DNA of 64,000 nucleotides from Callorhinchus milii (lineage: Eukaryota): NCBI RefSeq assembly GCF_018977255.1, contig NW_024704742.1:66342001-66406000 (forward strand), read 5' to 3'. The notes beneath the pieces were generated by a model. It saw nothing but the letters and a program-made list of their open reading frames with translations. It was not told the origin of the DNA and ran no database searches. The position numbers were made by a program, and so were the translations under genes. This document shows, piece after piece, positions 25,772-37,917 of the stretch. Each line of letters begins with the position of its first letter. Within the stretch, counting starts at the first letter, position 1.

Positions 25772-26356
25772 GTAAGGAATTGCAGGCTTTTAATTTCCTG
25801 AAGCTTCTTTCCAGTTGTAAAATGCATAAATTAATTGATTTTGGTACATGAATTGACTTGAATTAATCGATATTTAGTATTTGTGTGCTCAAATATCCCC
25901 TGTGTGACATTGAGAAGGTCTTTAATGTCTTAATAGTATAGTGTTAGATAATGACTGATGTAAGGCTGGTATGTGTTAGAGCAGTATCTAATGTAAGTCT
26001 GATGTTTTCTCTAAAAATAGTCAAAGTACCTTTTTTACTTCACAGAATACACCAATACACTGCTTTTTAGATCCTACACTATTTGATCTTCTCGCTCCCT
26101 TCTAAAGACTGGAGTTCTTTTATATTGATAGGGAAAATTGAATATCGGAAGAACCCTTTAATTTTGTCTGGTACATCCCATTTGTTCTTTGGGCCATCCC
26201 TGTTCAATTATCTTCACAAGGACTTTACACAATGCTTAGGGAGTTATTATTGCCCTTGTAAGCACTAAAGTATGGCCGGCCTTATCCTTGGGGATTTGTG
26301 TGAAAAATAGACCAGGGAAAATTATTTTAATGCATTGATGGATTAACAAAAAAGTA

Positions 26357-26922
26357 CAGTGGAAGTTGCGTTAATCTTGGACAAAACACCTGGCCCCAAT
26401 TCATTTGTATTTCCTGTTTTAAATATACCGGTTAATTCATACAATAATCCGGACAAAATGCTGTGCTGGTTGCCGTCGAACATACTCACTCGGGCATTCT
26501 GTGACTTGAGTGGCTCCAGTCAGCCAAGAGGGGGCTCCAGGATGGAGATGGGAGGAGTCTAATTGTGATTAACAGCGGACTACAGCCATTCACAAGTGGC
26601 TGGAGTTGGGCTGTCAATCAGTGAGAGGGCGGAGGAACGGGGAAGGAATTTGAGGAGTGAAATTGTGATTGTTTGACAGCTGGAGCCACTTCTGATTGGG
26701 TGGAGCCCAAACATTCATAAGTGGCTGCAGGCTGTCAGTCAGCTCGGAGCAGCCACTAATTGGTCAACGTACGGTCCAAAGGGAAGGGCAATGGGATGGC
26801 GGCAGCGCTGTCGCTCCTCTACTGGGAAAGAAGAGGTAATGGTATTTTAGTCCACATCGGGCACCGCTTAAACCAGACAAAACGGCAGGTCCCGACGTGT
26901 CCGTCTTAACCAACTTCCACTG
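26357..26922. mobile_element. Tc1/mariner (Tigger/pogo-like) non-autonomous DNA transposon
   Basis: Perfect 12-bp TIR CAGTGGAAGTTG...CAACTTCCACTG with TA on the left flank; a second copy is at 40398-40935. Confidence 0.85.
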
Positions 26923-27002
26923 AATATATTTTACACAGTAAATTGATATTTACTTCTCTGGCAGCAACAGCAGATTGAAATATGATTTATGTTATTTTTT
27001 AG

Positions 27003-27117
27003 GCATTCTCAGAGAAAGTATTGAAGATATTTTCAGCCGACTGCAAAAAGATGACAATTGAAATATTTGAGCAAACCATGCCTGTGGGAAGACACTGGAG
27101 AATAAATTACCGATCAG
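27003..27117 (+). CDS. CCDC142: CCDC142 coding exon, phase 0 to 1
   Basis: ttatttttttag acceptor and CAG|gtaatt donor. Translates AFSEKVLKIFSADCKKMTIEIFEQTMPVGRHWRINYRS, matching the CCDC142 FSqeC...F...MP.GryWR motif. Confidence 0.92.
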
Positions 27118-27260
27118 GTAATTAGACTGTAGAACTTTCAAACATACTCTATTCATAATATTTGTCCATTGTTCCTTAAAATCTGTCAATTTGTACAGTC
27201 CTGTAGTTCTGAGATGCTACCCTGCGAGAAGCGCTCTAAATAAATACAAATTGTTATTGT

Positions 27261-27632
27261 TAATAATAATCCTTGCATTTGATATAGGGCCTTATCACAT
27301 CTTTGAGACATCTCACAGCGCTTCACAGAATATACTGTAAAGTGAATTGACTGTATATTTTGTGGACGTAACACAGCAGCCAATTGTGCACAGCAGTGTC
27401 CCACAAACAGTTGTAGATTGAAGTGACCAATTTTTTATCATTATTTATATATTTTTTTGAAGGAATTATTACCCCCGGAAAAGCAATTTGCCAATCGAAG
27501 AACAACCTATTTACTGCTAGGTAAACAGAGGTGTGTGGAATAAGGAAACTTGCCCAAAATTTCACCTTGCCGGGAATCAAACCCAGGTCTCTTGCGAGTG
27601 AGGCGAGTGCTCTAACTGAGCTACAGGATTCC
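27261..27632 (-). mobile_element. tRNA-derived SINE (long variant)
   Basis: Colinear with 7388-7762. Confidence 0.92.
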
Positions 27633-28441
27633 TGTTGTTACAACAGGAAGGTTGGGAATCCTTAAAATCCTAATCCTCATTATAACAAGTGGCAATAGCG
27701 AGTTTCACTAGGCACATGATATCCGGCCGACTTTTTCGCTGTACACAGACCAGTTCTTGTACTAAAAGAAACACTCCAGGCTTCCAGGTCATCAGGTCAA
27801 CTCCAATGTCACTGACACAATAGGTCGAATAACCTTCTGTGCTGTAAGCTTTCTGTGGTCCTTCAACGATACCTGATAGATGCACAAAGTAAGAAGTGAG
27901 ATTGTCAGTGATGACGAAGAAGTTAGCCATTTTTTAAGCACAGATAGGTAAAATGTCTGATTTTCAAGACATCAGGTCGCTGCTGACATCACTTCCTGAG
28001 CATGTGCAACAAAGCAGGAAGTAACAGTGACCTAATAATCCCAAAGTCGGCCATTTTAGGGCTGGCCCCATGCATGTGCAGTCAATGGGTTTGGAAGAAA
28101 TTTGGGCAGGGGGAACGAAGAATAAAGATTTGACTAACATTATCTGTTTTTAAATAATGTTGCCTGTATGTGGTTTCGTTTTGAATTGAAGGTAGATTGA
28201 AACCGAGCTTTATTATTTGGTTTGTTCACTTATAATAATCCTTGCATTTATATAATGCCTTATCACGTTGTCGAAAGACGTCCTAATAAATTACTGGTTG
28301 AGTGAAGTTTGACTTCATTATTGTAACATGAATGAATCTTCCAACTATCTTTGTACAGATATTTGAGGATTTGCTTCATTTAATTCAGCGAGCACTTTTC
28401 AAATTGATGAATGAAATTGAATCATTTTTTGTTCACTTCAG

Positions 28442-28622
28442 TTGAGCTCCCAAGCAACCCCAGTGAATATGCAACTGCTGCTGTACAGGCTGTGATTGGC
28501 CAGGTTCTGGAGGGAATCCAGCCACTTCCAGAAGATGCTCAAATCATTCCTTTAACCATGGCCTTGACTGCTTTTATGGAGGGCTGGATGGATCATATTC
28601 TTAAGCAAAAGATCAAATTCAG
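28442..28622 (+). CDS. CCDC142: CCDC142 coding exon, phase 1 to 2
   Basis: gttcacttcag acceptor and CAG|gtaatc donor. Translates (V)ELPSNPSEYATAAVQAVIGQVLEGIQPLPEDAQIIPLTMALTAFMEGWMDHILKQKIKF(S); the PSEYA and W.DHIL...IrFS motifs are typical of CCDC142. Confidence 0.95.
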
Positions 28623-29134
28623 GTAATCTTTTAAAGAAGGTTATCAAACATTTTAGATCCCCTATCAAATAAACGCTAATGTGTGCATGTTATATTTCAT
28701 ATACCCAAGGCAAACATTACAAATATCTGCAAAGCATTACTTTAATTAGTTGAAAATTATGTTGTTTTCCACACTGATCAAAATAGCAATGAGTGGAAGT
28801 GTTATAAACTTGTAATTAGTGTTTCAGATGATGATTCAGTCTTCACAGTTTGTCATAGAAATTGGTATCTATTGCTTCCTTTCTAAGTTTTGTGCATCAA
28901 CCTATAATAATAGTAGGGTTTTACTAGGATGAGGAATTTCAATTTTGAAGAGATATTTGAGAACTTGGAGCTTTTTTCGCAAGTGCTGAGAAGGTTATGG
29001 GGTGACCTGATACAGTTTTTCAAGATGAGTGGAGGGAAATTGCACTGTGACTGTTAATGTAGCATTTGAGAGCATCCAGAATTTGCCAAATTGTTCAATT
29101 CAGTCTTAACTTTGAAGTTGCTTCTCTATAGTTC

Positions 29135-29590
29135 TTAGAATCACCGAATCTTACAGCACAAAAGGAGGCCATTCAGCCCATTGTGTCTGTAATGGCTCTT
29201 TGAAAGAGCTACCAACTAGTCCCACTCTCTTACCCCATAGCCCTGCAAATGATTCCTTTTTAAGTACCTATCGAATTCCCTTTAGAAAGCTATTATCGAA
29301 TCTGCTTCCACCACCCTTTCAGGCAGTGGATTCCAGACCATAACTACTTTCTGGGTAAAAAAAAATTTCTCCTCGTCTCCCCTCTGATTCTTTTGCCAAT
29401 TATCGTAAATCTGTGTCCTCTGGTTACTGGCCCCACCTGCCAGACGAAACAGTTTCTCCCTATCAACTTTATCGAAACCCATCATAATTTTGAACTGCTC
29501 TGTTAAATTTCCCCTCAACCTCCTCTGCTCTAAGGAGAATAATCCCAGCCTATCGAGTCTCTCTACATAACTAACGTCCCTTATCCTTCT
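29135..29590 (-). mobile_element. CR1 LINE 3' end
   Basis: RGNLTEQFKIMMGFDKVDREKLF..FFTQKVVMVWNPLPERVVEA followed by the CR1 3' UTR. Confidence 0.93.
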
Positions 29591-30237
29591 GTGTCTTAAA
29601 AGAACTTACAGAAAAACAGCTTCAAAATTAGCATAGTTAACTCTAGATCATTAGATGCAAAGTAAACCTCCATCTACTTTACTTCATGTACACTATCCAG
29701 CACCTTGGGACGTCCTCCTGACGTGAAAGGCGCTATACAAATGTAATCTTGTTATTGTTGTTGTTCAGTAATGGGACTGAAAGGAACACTTAGCATAATG
29801 CTTCAAATGTCTCCTGTAACCTAAACTGCTTTCTCTGGAAAATTGACAATTTAAGAGATATCAGTTCCAATAAAGTCTTGCACATTGGAGTGATGTACAG
29901 ACATTTTGTTTCTGAAAACTGGTAGTTTTGCTGTTCCAGTACCTTTTTGAACACTTTTTTTGAACGCCTAATGTGCCTCAATCCAACCTCAGAAGATCCT
30001 ATTCAACTCCTTTTCTTCTTAATGCATAAATGAGACATTGATTTTCCACATCTGTCACCCAGTGGTCTTCCTAACTGTTATCGTCAGTTAGTGCTGAATT
30101 AAAGGCAATTTTCTGCTGTGAGCCCACACTCTGTAGGAACTGGATCGAAAAGACTAACAAAAGAGTCTTTCATCCCATCGACTTGATTCAAATACACGTT
30201 GAAATTGCATTATTAAATTTGGATTTTATTCTTTTAG

Positions 30238-30449
30238 TGTCCAGGGTGCCTTGCAGCTGAAGCAGGATTTTGATATGATCAGAGATTTAATCCGTTCAGA
30301 GAAACATGGATTGTCTTTTGAGGTCAGGCAGACTCTCCTGTCTCTCCGTGTCTTCCAACAAATGGACAATGCCATTATCTGCCTCTTGCAGCAACCTACC
30401 AGGAAGATCTATGCCCCATCAAATACCTGGGAGCCATTCCGGAGATGCT
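30238..30449 (+). CDS. CCDC142: CCDC142 coding exon, phase 2 to 1
   Basis: ttttattcttttag acceptor and T|gtatgt donor. Translates VQGALQLKQDFDMIRDLIRSEKHGLSFEVRQTLLSLRVFQQMDNAIICLLQQP..., the hallmark QGALQLKQDF and CLLQQP motifs. Confidence 0.95.
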
Positions 30450-30914
30450 GTATGTGTTTAGTGTTTTTCTGTTACATACTTTTATGTAAAATTTTGTCTA
30501 CGATTCTATTACTCATCAATCTGCAGACACTTAACACCTATTTTATACTATTATTCATAAGTATAGTTAAAGGAAGAAATGTGCAGTTTCTTCTTGCTGG
30601 AAAGTGACATATTGCCTCAAGCTACAGGATAGCAAATGCAATACAATACATATATAGCACCTTTCTTGTCGGGAGGACATCCCAAGGTACTCAGCAATCT
30701 AAGCTTGACATCCGAGCTGGGTCTGGGAGCTGAATGGCGTGGGAGGGGAAAGAACAATAGTGATTAATTATTCATAATAATTATTAGAAAGGTGCAGTAA
30801 CGAAGCAGGATTCATATAGCTGTACATAAAGGAACTAAAATCAGATATAAATGTTGTATACATTTCTCTATGCTTTAGGGAATATACATATTTCAAACTT
30901 CAGTTCAAACAAAG

Positions 30915-31590
30915 ACAGGAAGTCATTTGTGATTTTGTCAAGCACTGTCTCGGTGCTGTGGGCTGGGCGGAAACCAAACTGGAGAGGCTCGAGTAAGGAA
31001 TTAAGGGAAAAGTGTGAGTGAAATTGGTTGGCAACAATATGAGATGCTGTCCGGCATGGAGGGCGTTATATAAATCCAAGTTATTGTTGTTGTTATGTTC
31101 CAGGACCTTGGAGAGGAAGGCCAAGTTTGAGATGGGCTGATAGTGTGCAAAATTTGAATAAAACAAGGGTATTATTTCTTACAACAACAACTTGCATTTA
31201 TATGGTTCCTTTCATGTTGGAAGGATATCGCAGGCCAGGACAGTCGGGTTTGTATCCAAGCTAGAGCATGGATTCTGGAAGGATGGGGGCCAAGGAGGAT
31301 GGAGAGTGAAAGATGACCAAAGGCATTGTCAAAGAGGAAGAGCCTGAGACTGATCTTGAAGGGGATGAGGGAAGAGGCTCGGTGAAGGACGGGTTGGTAG
31401 GGTTTAAGAAAGTTGCAGAGATAGGATGGGGAAAGACAGTGGAGGAATTTAAAAGTGAGGACAAGGATCCCAAATTCAGTCCTCTAAGGGATGGGGAGAT
31501 GGGCAATGTTCTGGAGGTGGCGGAAAGCTGAATGTGTCAGAGCAAGGATGTGGGGTTTAAAGAACAGTTGAGAGTCGAACAAGACTCAGA
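30915..31590 (-). mobile_element. L2 fragments with embedded L2 tails
   Basis: YQPISNLAFLSKVLEH RT-start motif and a FQSGFRP.HSTET-like region; aacaacaacttg(c/g)attta tails at ~31075 and ~31181. Confidence 0.8.
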
Positions 31591-32519
31591 AAAATTACAA
31601 GAATTTCTGATCATTTTAATCAGTGTCCTAATGCTACCCATTCAACCTTATTTCAACTTATAAGGACAATGTCTACAATAGTTTCATCTTCATTCATAAG
31701 GTACAGAAATGTTCCCACTATTAGAGATGAAGTGGTATCCAGCTCCCCGATAGTTAGTTCTTGAACGTCCAATTTCTGGCTCACTACAACAGCTTGTCAT
31801 AGTCATGGATTTCTGCCATTTTCACACTGGTGTACAGAATATTAAAGTTTAAGAACACCAATGCAACTTTTTTTCTATTTAAATTCCTCCAATAAGTAAC
31901 TGGACAACATGCTTCACCCAAACAAATCTCATCATTCTTGGAGAGAAATATTTTCAATCAGCCAATTGCCAACAGTAGCCTTCAACTTGTCCGACCAACT
32001 TCACATGGATCACTGTTGCTGATAACTAGGACATTTCTTCAGTAGCTGCTCAGACAAGCCCATTAATCATCAATTATAGGTATTAACAAGCAGCAAGGAC
32101 ACATATCTGTTACACTTCTGTAAAGACCACAACATTCTATTTTGTTCTTACCACTTTACCATTGCTTTGCTGTAATATTTGCTGTGAGGGTTCATCCACA
32201 AAACACGGTTACTCCACTTTACAGTATAGTATATCCTGTGATCGTACTTTGAAACATCCTCATGATGTGAAAGATGTTGTACCAAGTGCAAGGAAAAAAT
32301 TCTCACCACTTTAACCTCAGCAATGCCTTTGTTAACCTTAAAGCGAGCAAAATTATCTCACTGATTTCCTAACCCAGCTTATAATTGTCTCAACACTGGA
32401 CGCATTCTATGGCGTCCCTTGGCAGATGTCATAGGAGCACATCCTCTATGTTGAAATTGATTTCATCTGACCTTTATAAAAGGAGCCCTTCTGAGTGTAG
32501 ATCGCTCTGAAAATACAAA

Positions 32520-33627
32520 ACCTACTTAGCAAATAAGAGCCCATAAAGGATTAGTACTTTATACACTCTTGAGATATTATTACTATAGTAGTAGCTTGGA
32601 TAAGAAATTGGCTGGGAGACAGAAAGCAGAGGATAGTGGTAAATTATTATTTTTCAAACTGGAGGGAAGTGTACAGTGGTGTCTCCAGGAGTCGTTATTA
32701 GGTCCACTGTTCTTTTTGATACATGTGAATGACTTGGACTTGGGTATAGAGAGCAACATTTTAAAGTTTGCAGATGACACAAAACTTGGAACCGAAGTAA
32801 ACAGTGAAGAGGATGGTAACAGACTGCAAGAGGACATAGACTGGTGAAATGGGCAGACACATGGCAGATGAAGTTTAATGCAGAGAAGTGTGAGGTGATG
32901 CATTTTGGGAGGAAGAATGAGGAGAGGCAATATACAACACAATATAGAGGCAATATACAATACAATAGCTTTAAAGGGGGTACAGGAGCAGAGAGGTCTG
33001 GGGGTTCACATACAGAAGTCTTTGAAGATGGTAGGACAGGTTGATAGAGCCATTAAAAAAACATTTGGGATCCTTGGCCTTTATAAATAGAGGCATAAAA
33101 TACAAAAGCAAGGAAGTTCTGCTAAACCTTTATAAGTCACTGGTTAGGCCTCAGCTAGAGTATTGTTTTCAAATCTTGGCACAACACTTTAAGAAGGATA
33201 TCAAGCCCTTGGAGGTAGTGCAGAGGAGATTTACCAGAATGGTACCAGGGATGAGGGACTTTAATTATGTGGAGAGACTAGAGAAGCTGGGATTGTTCTC
33301 CGTAGAGCAGAGAAGGTTAAGGGGAGATTTAATAGAAGTGTTCAAAATTATGAGGAGTTTTGATAGAGTAGATAGGGAGAAACTGTTTAAACTGGCAGGT
33401 GGGTGGATAAACAGAGGACACCGATTTAAGTTAATTGGCAAAAGAATCAGAGAGTTATTACAAGTTTCACCAGGGAATTGGATGGGTACTTCAAGAGGAA
33501 AAATTTGCAAGGATATGGGACAAGAGTGGGTGAATGGGATTGATTGGGTAGCTCTTCCAAAGCGCCAATACAGGCACAATGGGCCAAATGACCTCCTTCT
33601 GTGCTGTAATATTCTATGATTCTATGA
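32520..33627 (+). mobile_element. CR1 LINE, 5'-truncated and frameshifted
   Basis: KFADDTKLG, KWADTWQMKFNAEKCEVMHFG, LYKSLVRPQLEY and LRGDLIEVFKI; (ATTCTATG)2 tail. Confidence 0.96.
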
Positions 33628-34208
33628 AAAAAAGTCATTTCATCAGCATTCTTCTCCCTGATGAGGAGAGCAGATTTATCCCGTATTTATTTTTCCATAA
33701 TTCCTGCTGTTTGGAAACCTCATGGAAAATAAATGTGTGATAAATCTACTTTCTTCATCATAATGAAGAATGCTGAATTCCCCCCCCATCAAAAAAAATT
33801 ATATTGCATTATTTCTATGGAATAAGCTGGGGAGGGGAGGGTGACCAGATGTAAATGTTTAAAGTTTGCTTTGTTTTTGAAGCTTTGGGAACCAGTTATT
33901 TATATAATGATGTACCTCATTCAGCTTTTGAAAGCTGCATTTTCATTGCATCCTTTTTCAAAATAGCTGAGTAACTAAATTCATTGCTGTGCTTTGTTGC
34001 AGCTTTTATAACTGAATAAATAAGGGTGCTCAAACAAGGTTTTCAAATGCCTCATCACTTGAGGATATTTATAATTAATATAAACTCTATAATGCTTTTG
34101 TGGTGAAACTCTTGAATCTGTTTCTTAATCCAGTGTAGGCTAAATAGAAGCGCCTATGTTAGGCTTTCAATTCTGTGACCTTCCTAATGTATCTTTTCTT
34201 TGCTGTAG

Positions 34209-34474
34209 GCTCCTCTTCCACCAGGACAGTTGACTTCAGTCATGGGAGCTTGAATAGCCTTGACAGCCTGGATTTGCAGACTGGAAGGACCAGAGCAATC
34301 TTACAGCCTGAAGCTCCCACAGCCTCTGACCTTCTCAGCAAAATTAGGGCAACTGGGCACCCAGAGTCCTATTTGGCTGTAAATCAGCAGGAGTGGCTTG
34401 CACTGAGAGTGGGTAGTGATAGACGGTGGAAAGCACTCCGTTTGCCTTGTATGAAGAAGAGCCCTGAACAATGA
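34209..34474 (+). CDS. CCDC142: CCDC142 last coding exon, ending at TGA
   Basis: cttttctttgctgtag acceptor. Translates (C)SSSTRTVDFSHGSLNSLDSLD...PESYLAVNQQEWLALR...RWKALRLPCMKKSPEQ*, matching the LNSLeSL and NQQaWLALR C-terminal motifs. Confidence 0.93.
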
Positions 34475-35185
34475 TTTGTTAATATTCTTAGCACTGTGCT
34501 CCCCAAGTGTTTCATTTTGATTTCTAAATTATAATATCCATTTAAAGTCTGAGCCATAGAAAAGTATTACACCAAAGCACTTTAATGCATGCTTTTTCCT
34601 TTCATTTGAAATACTGTGCTAGTTTGGAAGCATTCAGCCTTGACTTATCTGAACTGGGAAAGGGTTAAGCTTCCTTTATGGTCAATAATTGACCTTGATT
34701 CAAGGGAAAATCTTGAGCTGTTTTGTAACTCTTGTGAAAAATGAACATAAAGTTAAATATTAAAAAAATGATGATAGACCTAAAACTTTCTTTGGTGAAT
34801 GTCTCTATGTTGTTTTACAGAAGCAAACTAGACATTCTTAGTTTACTTACTTTTACCTTTTTCTACGTGCATAAGGTGCTAATTTTGTTGTATTGCATTT
34901 CACAAAGATTCTATATGCACTTTTTTTTAACCTGAAAGTGAGTTATGTAAGAATTTGACTGTCATCTTCTTACATATAAAGTAAACCGAACTCGAATGAA
35001 ACCTCATTACCAAAGGAGTCATCTCTGGTGGTTTACATAGTCTTTTAAAAAAAAGTTAAAATTTTTCAATTGGATTGTGTTTAGAAGAGACTTTGTATTT
35101 TTGGGGATCAGGCAAGAAAAACAAAACATAATACATATGTTTTGTCTGGTTTTCTTTCCCATGAAGGAGTTTGTATTCAAATCAT

Positions 35186-35191
35186 ATTAAA
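35186..35191 (+). terminator. Candidate polyadenylation signal (ATTAAA) for CCDC142
   Basis: ATTAAA near the end of ~0.8 kb of repeat-free AT-rich sequence after the stop codon, followed by a U-rich tract. Another ATTAAA lies near 34759. Confidence 0.3.
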
Positions 35192-35397
35192 AGTGGCATT
35201 ACCGTTCTCTTTGTTTAAATTTGCAATTTTTAAGTACAGAATATCAGTTTTTAAAGTAATTTAAAGGATTACACAATTTCATTGGTGCGCTTTCCCAGTT
35301 GGATGCGATGTAAGATGCGCAGTGGAGGCATGTCTAATGATTCAAGGCTGGCAAGATTTCCAAAAGCAATAATAGATAAATCTTTATTGACAGATTT

Positions 35398-35750
35398 TTT
35401 TGCTCAACCGGGTGTCTGACACCTGCAGAAACCTTTCGCCATGCTTAAGAGTATCCAAACCAAACAGAGTTCCACATTTCCTTCTCCACATGGAAATTTC
35501 CATATTTGGAATGGAATGTGCACTCTTCCCCGGAGGGACACATCCTGCTTACCTAATTCCAGAGAATATTAGGTGCAGTTTGGCAAAGACAGGGCTTGGA
35601 AACCTCCAATGAAGTGTGTGTTTGGGTACTGCTGGAGTTCAACCACCTAAGACTCCGTAGAATGCCATTGGGAGAACTATCTGGCAAGCTTCACACTTCT
35701 TGTCCAACTAGCACCACCTTTATCTTGGCTTGACTTGGGTTAACTTGAGA
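35398..35750 (-). repeat. Unclassified ~400-bp dispersed repeat (near-complete copy)
   Basis: Homologous segments at ~25110-25307, 36880-37000, 38286-38420, 40085-40352, 42168-42456, 45435-45812, 51790-52128 and 52998-53160. Confidence 0.85.
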
Positions 35751-37917
35751 AGAAAGCCTGCGCCAGTGACCAATAAAGGTAGATTCCAAGCCCTGGATAT
35801 ACAACACACATTTACATTTATATAGCATCTTATGTCAGGAGGATGTCCTAATGCACTGGGTGACAGTGGAAGTAATCAATAGGTACCTATGTGTGTGTGT
35901 GTGTATTGTAATAATCCTTGAATTTGGTATATCACCTTTCACGTCAGGAGGACGTCTCAAAGCACTTCACAGGATATATTGTAAAGTATAGTGACTACAT
36001 TTTGTGGGGGTAGATTCACTAGATTATAGGTTTATGGATGTGTATATGATAATAATAAACAAAGGGATACTATTATCGGTATTCTGAATTCATAACAGTA
36101 GCTCTAATGCAAAACTAAATTATTGACAAGGAGCCAAACTGCCATTAATTTTTATTTTAAACTTATTAGCAACCTTCCTTTTATGATGGTTCTTAATAAT
36201 CCAATTGTTGATTACTGCAATTCTCAAGTTCATTTATTTATAGCTACCAGGTAAAACGCTCAGAATTGTTCGTATTTTAAAAGACTCGGGAGACAATTGT
36301 GACAGCAGAAAGTGGCTGAGTGAGGATTTATAATGAGAAGGACATTAGTTTGAGTGTTGGTGTTGCTTTCATTTAAAACTTGCCTGATTCTGAACGGATG
36401 CCAGGTGTCAGTTGAGCTGCTGAGTACAAAGACTTGCATCACTTGATCCTTGTGCCACACTTGTTAATCACATAGCAGCATTGACAGTAATCTTGAAGCT
36501 ATCTATAGCTTAGACTTCCCTGCTCTCGCCTGGATAAGGAATATTGTGGCAATTGGGTGAAATTGAGGAGAAATGATAAAATCCTCAATATCAATATAGC
36601 TCCCTTCATAAAGGATCAGCCTTGCCACCTAAAGTAATTTGCTTCATACTTCAACTTGGGAAAATTGACCTTGACCCTTTGGTAGGCTGTCCTCCCAATG
36701 TTGTATTTTGAGTGACTAACTGAAATCTCAAATGATGAATTGCTCAGAGTAATAGATGAATTTACATGATTATACAACTTGACAACTATTTAATCCAACT
36801 TTTGCTTATGGTTGGAGTCGTTAATTATCATTAGTTAAGCTGTGCGTTGCTCCAGGTAGTGCTCACTACATTTCCAAGACACAAGGTGAATTTCCACATG
36901 TGGGTGGCATGTATATGTAGAACTATGTCCAGTTTGGATACTCTTAAGCATGATGATGGGTTTCTGCACGTGTCAGACATCTGGCTGACCAAAGGAAAAA
37001 ACCATACAGACTAGGTGGGATTTCTTGTGGTCTTATATCATGACCATCACAGGTGGTCTGTATTGATGGGCACACATCCTTGACTGTCCATCACTTTGGG
37101 ACATCCTCCTGACATGAAAGGCACTAAACAAATGGAATTTTTTGTTGTATTAAGTTTGCTGCATTTAACTATCAGATAACTTGTGCAATGAATGAATAAC
37201 CTTTCTTTGTATTCTGTGGAAAAGGTTTGTATTTAAAACTTACCTGCTATTACCTATTTAGTCTCGAGCAGGCAATCTCAGGACAATCTGCTGGACTTTG
37301 TACCTTCATTAACTGATTTATAAACTTTAAAAAATGATGCAATTAGACCACCAGCTACCTCTGGAACACTTTGAGATAAGCGTTTAAGCATGTTAAATTA
37401 GGTTTAGGACAATGAAAGTGGACTTGCTAATTTGGACATTTAAGTCCCTAGCTGTTACCACCGTGGATATTAATCCCTGCTGTGGGAGTGCTGTTCGTTC
37501 TCAGTGAGCTCCATTAAAGCTCAGAAATGGCTAAGTAAGAGCGTGATCGCAGTACAGAAGTCACCACGCTGGGAAGGTTGAAGCTATTTTAAGCATTCAG
37601 GTAATGACGCCAGCATCTCTCTAGCCAATGTGCAAGTTTCTGCAGACTCGCTGCTACAGCTTCTCTTGGTATTCACTCCCCGCGATAGCTCCTAAGAGTC
37701 AACCTCAGCTAACGATCCTGTGAAGTGGATACCTGCCTTTGGCCAGGCTGACTGGGATTTTAAGGGCAATGTCCACTCAGCAGTTGTAAATAAATAAAAA
37801 TAATCCTTACATTTGTTGTAGTGCCTTCCACATGGGAGGACATCTCAAATATATCTGAAATACTGTATATCTCAAATATGTCACAAGCTACACTAGAGTG
37901 AAGTGGCAGTGTATTTT

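Noticed and set aside
31640..32130. Coding-like texture on the minus strand within a CCDC142 intron
   Set aside because: Only short open frames, with no recognisable motif or splice structure.
33659..33718. CTGATGA...GAAA hammerhead-like core (CTGATGA also at ~61957)
   Set aside because: No compatible stems I-III or cleavage triplet could be formed; the long hairpin explains the region better.
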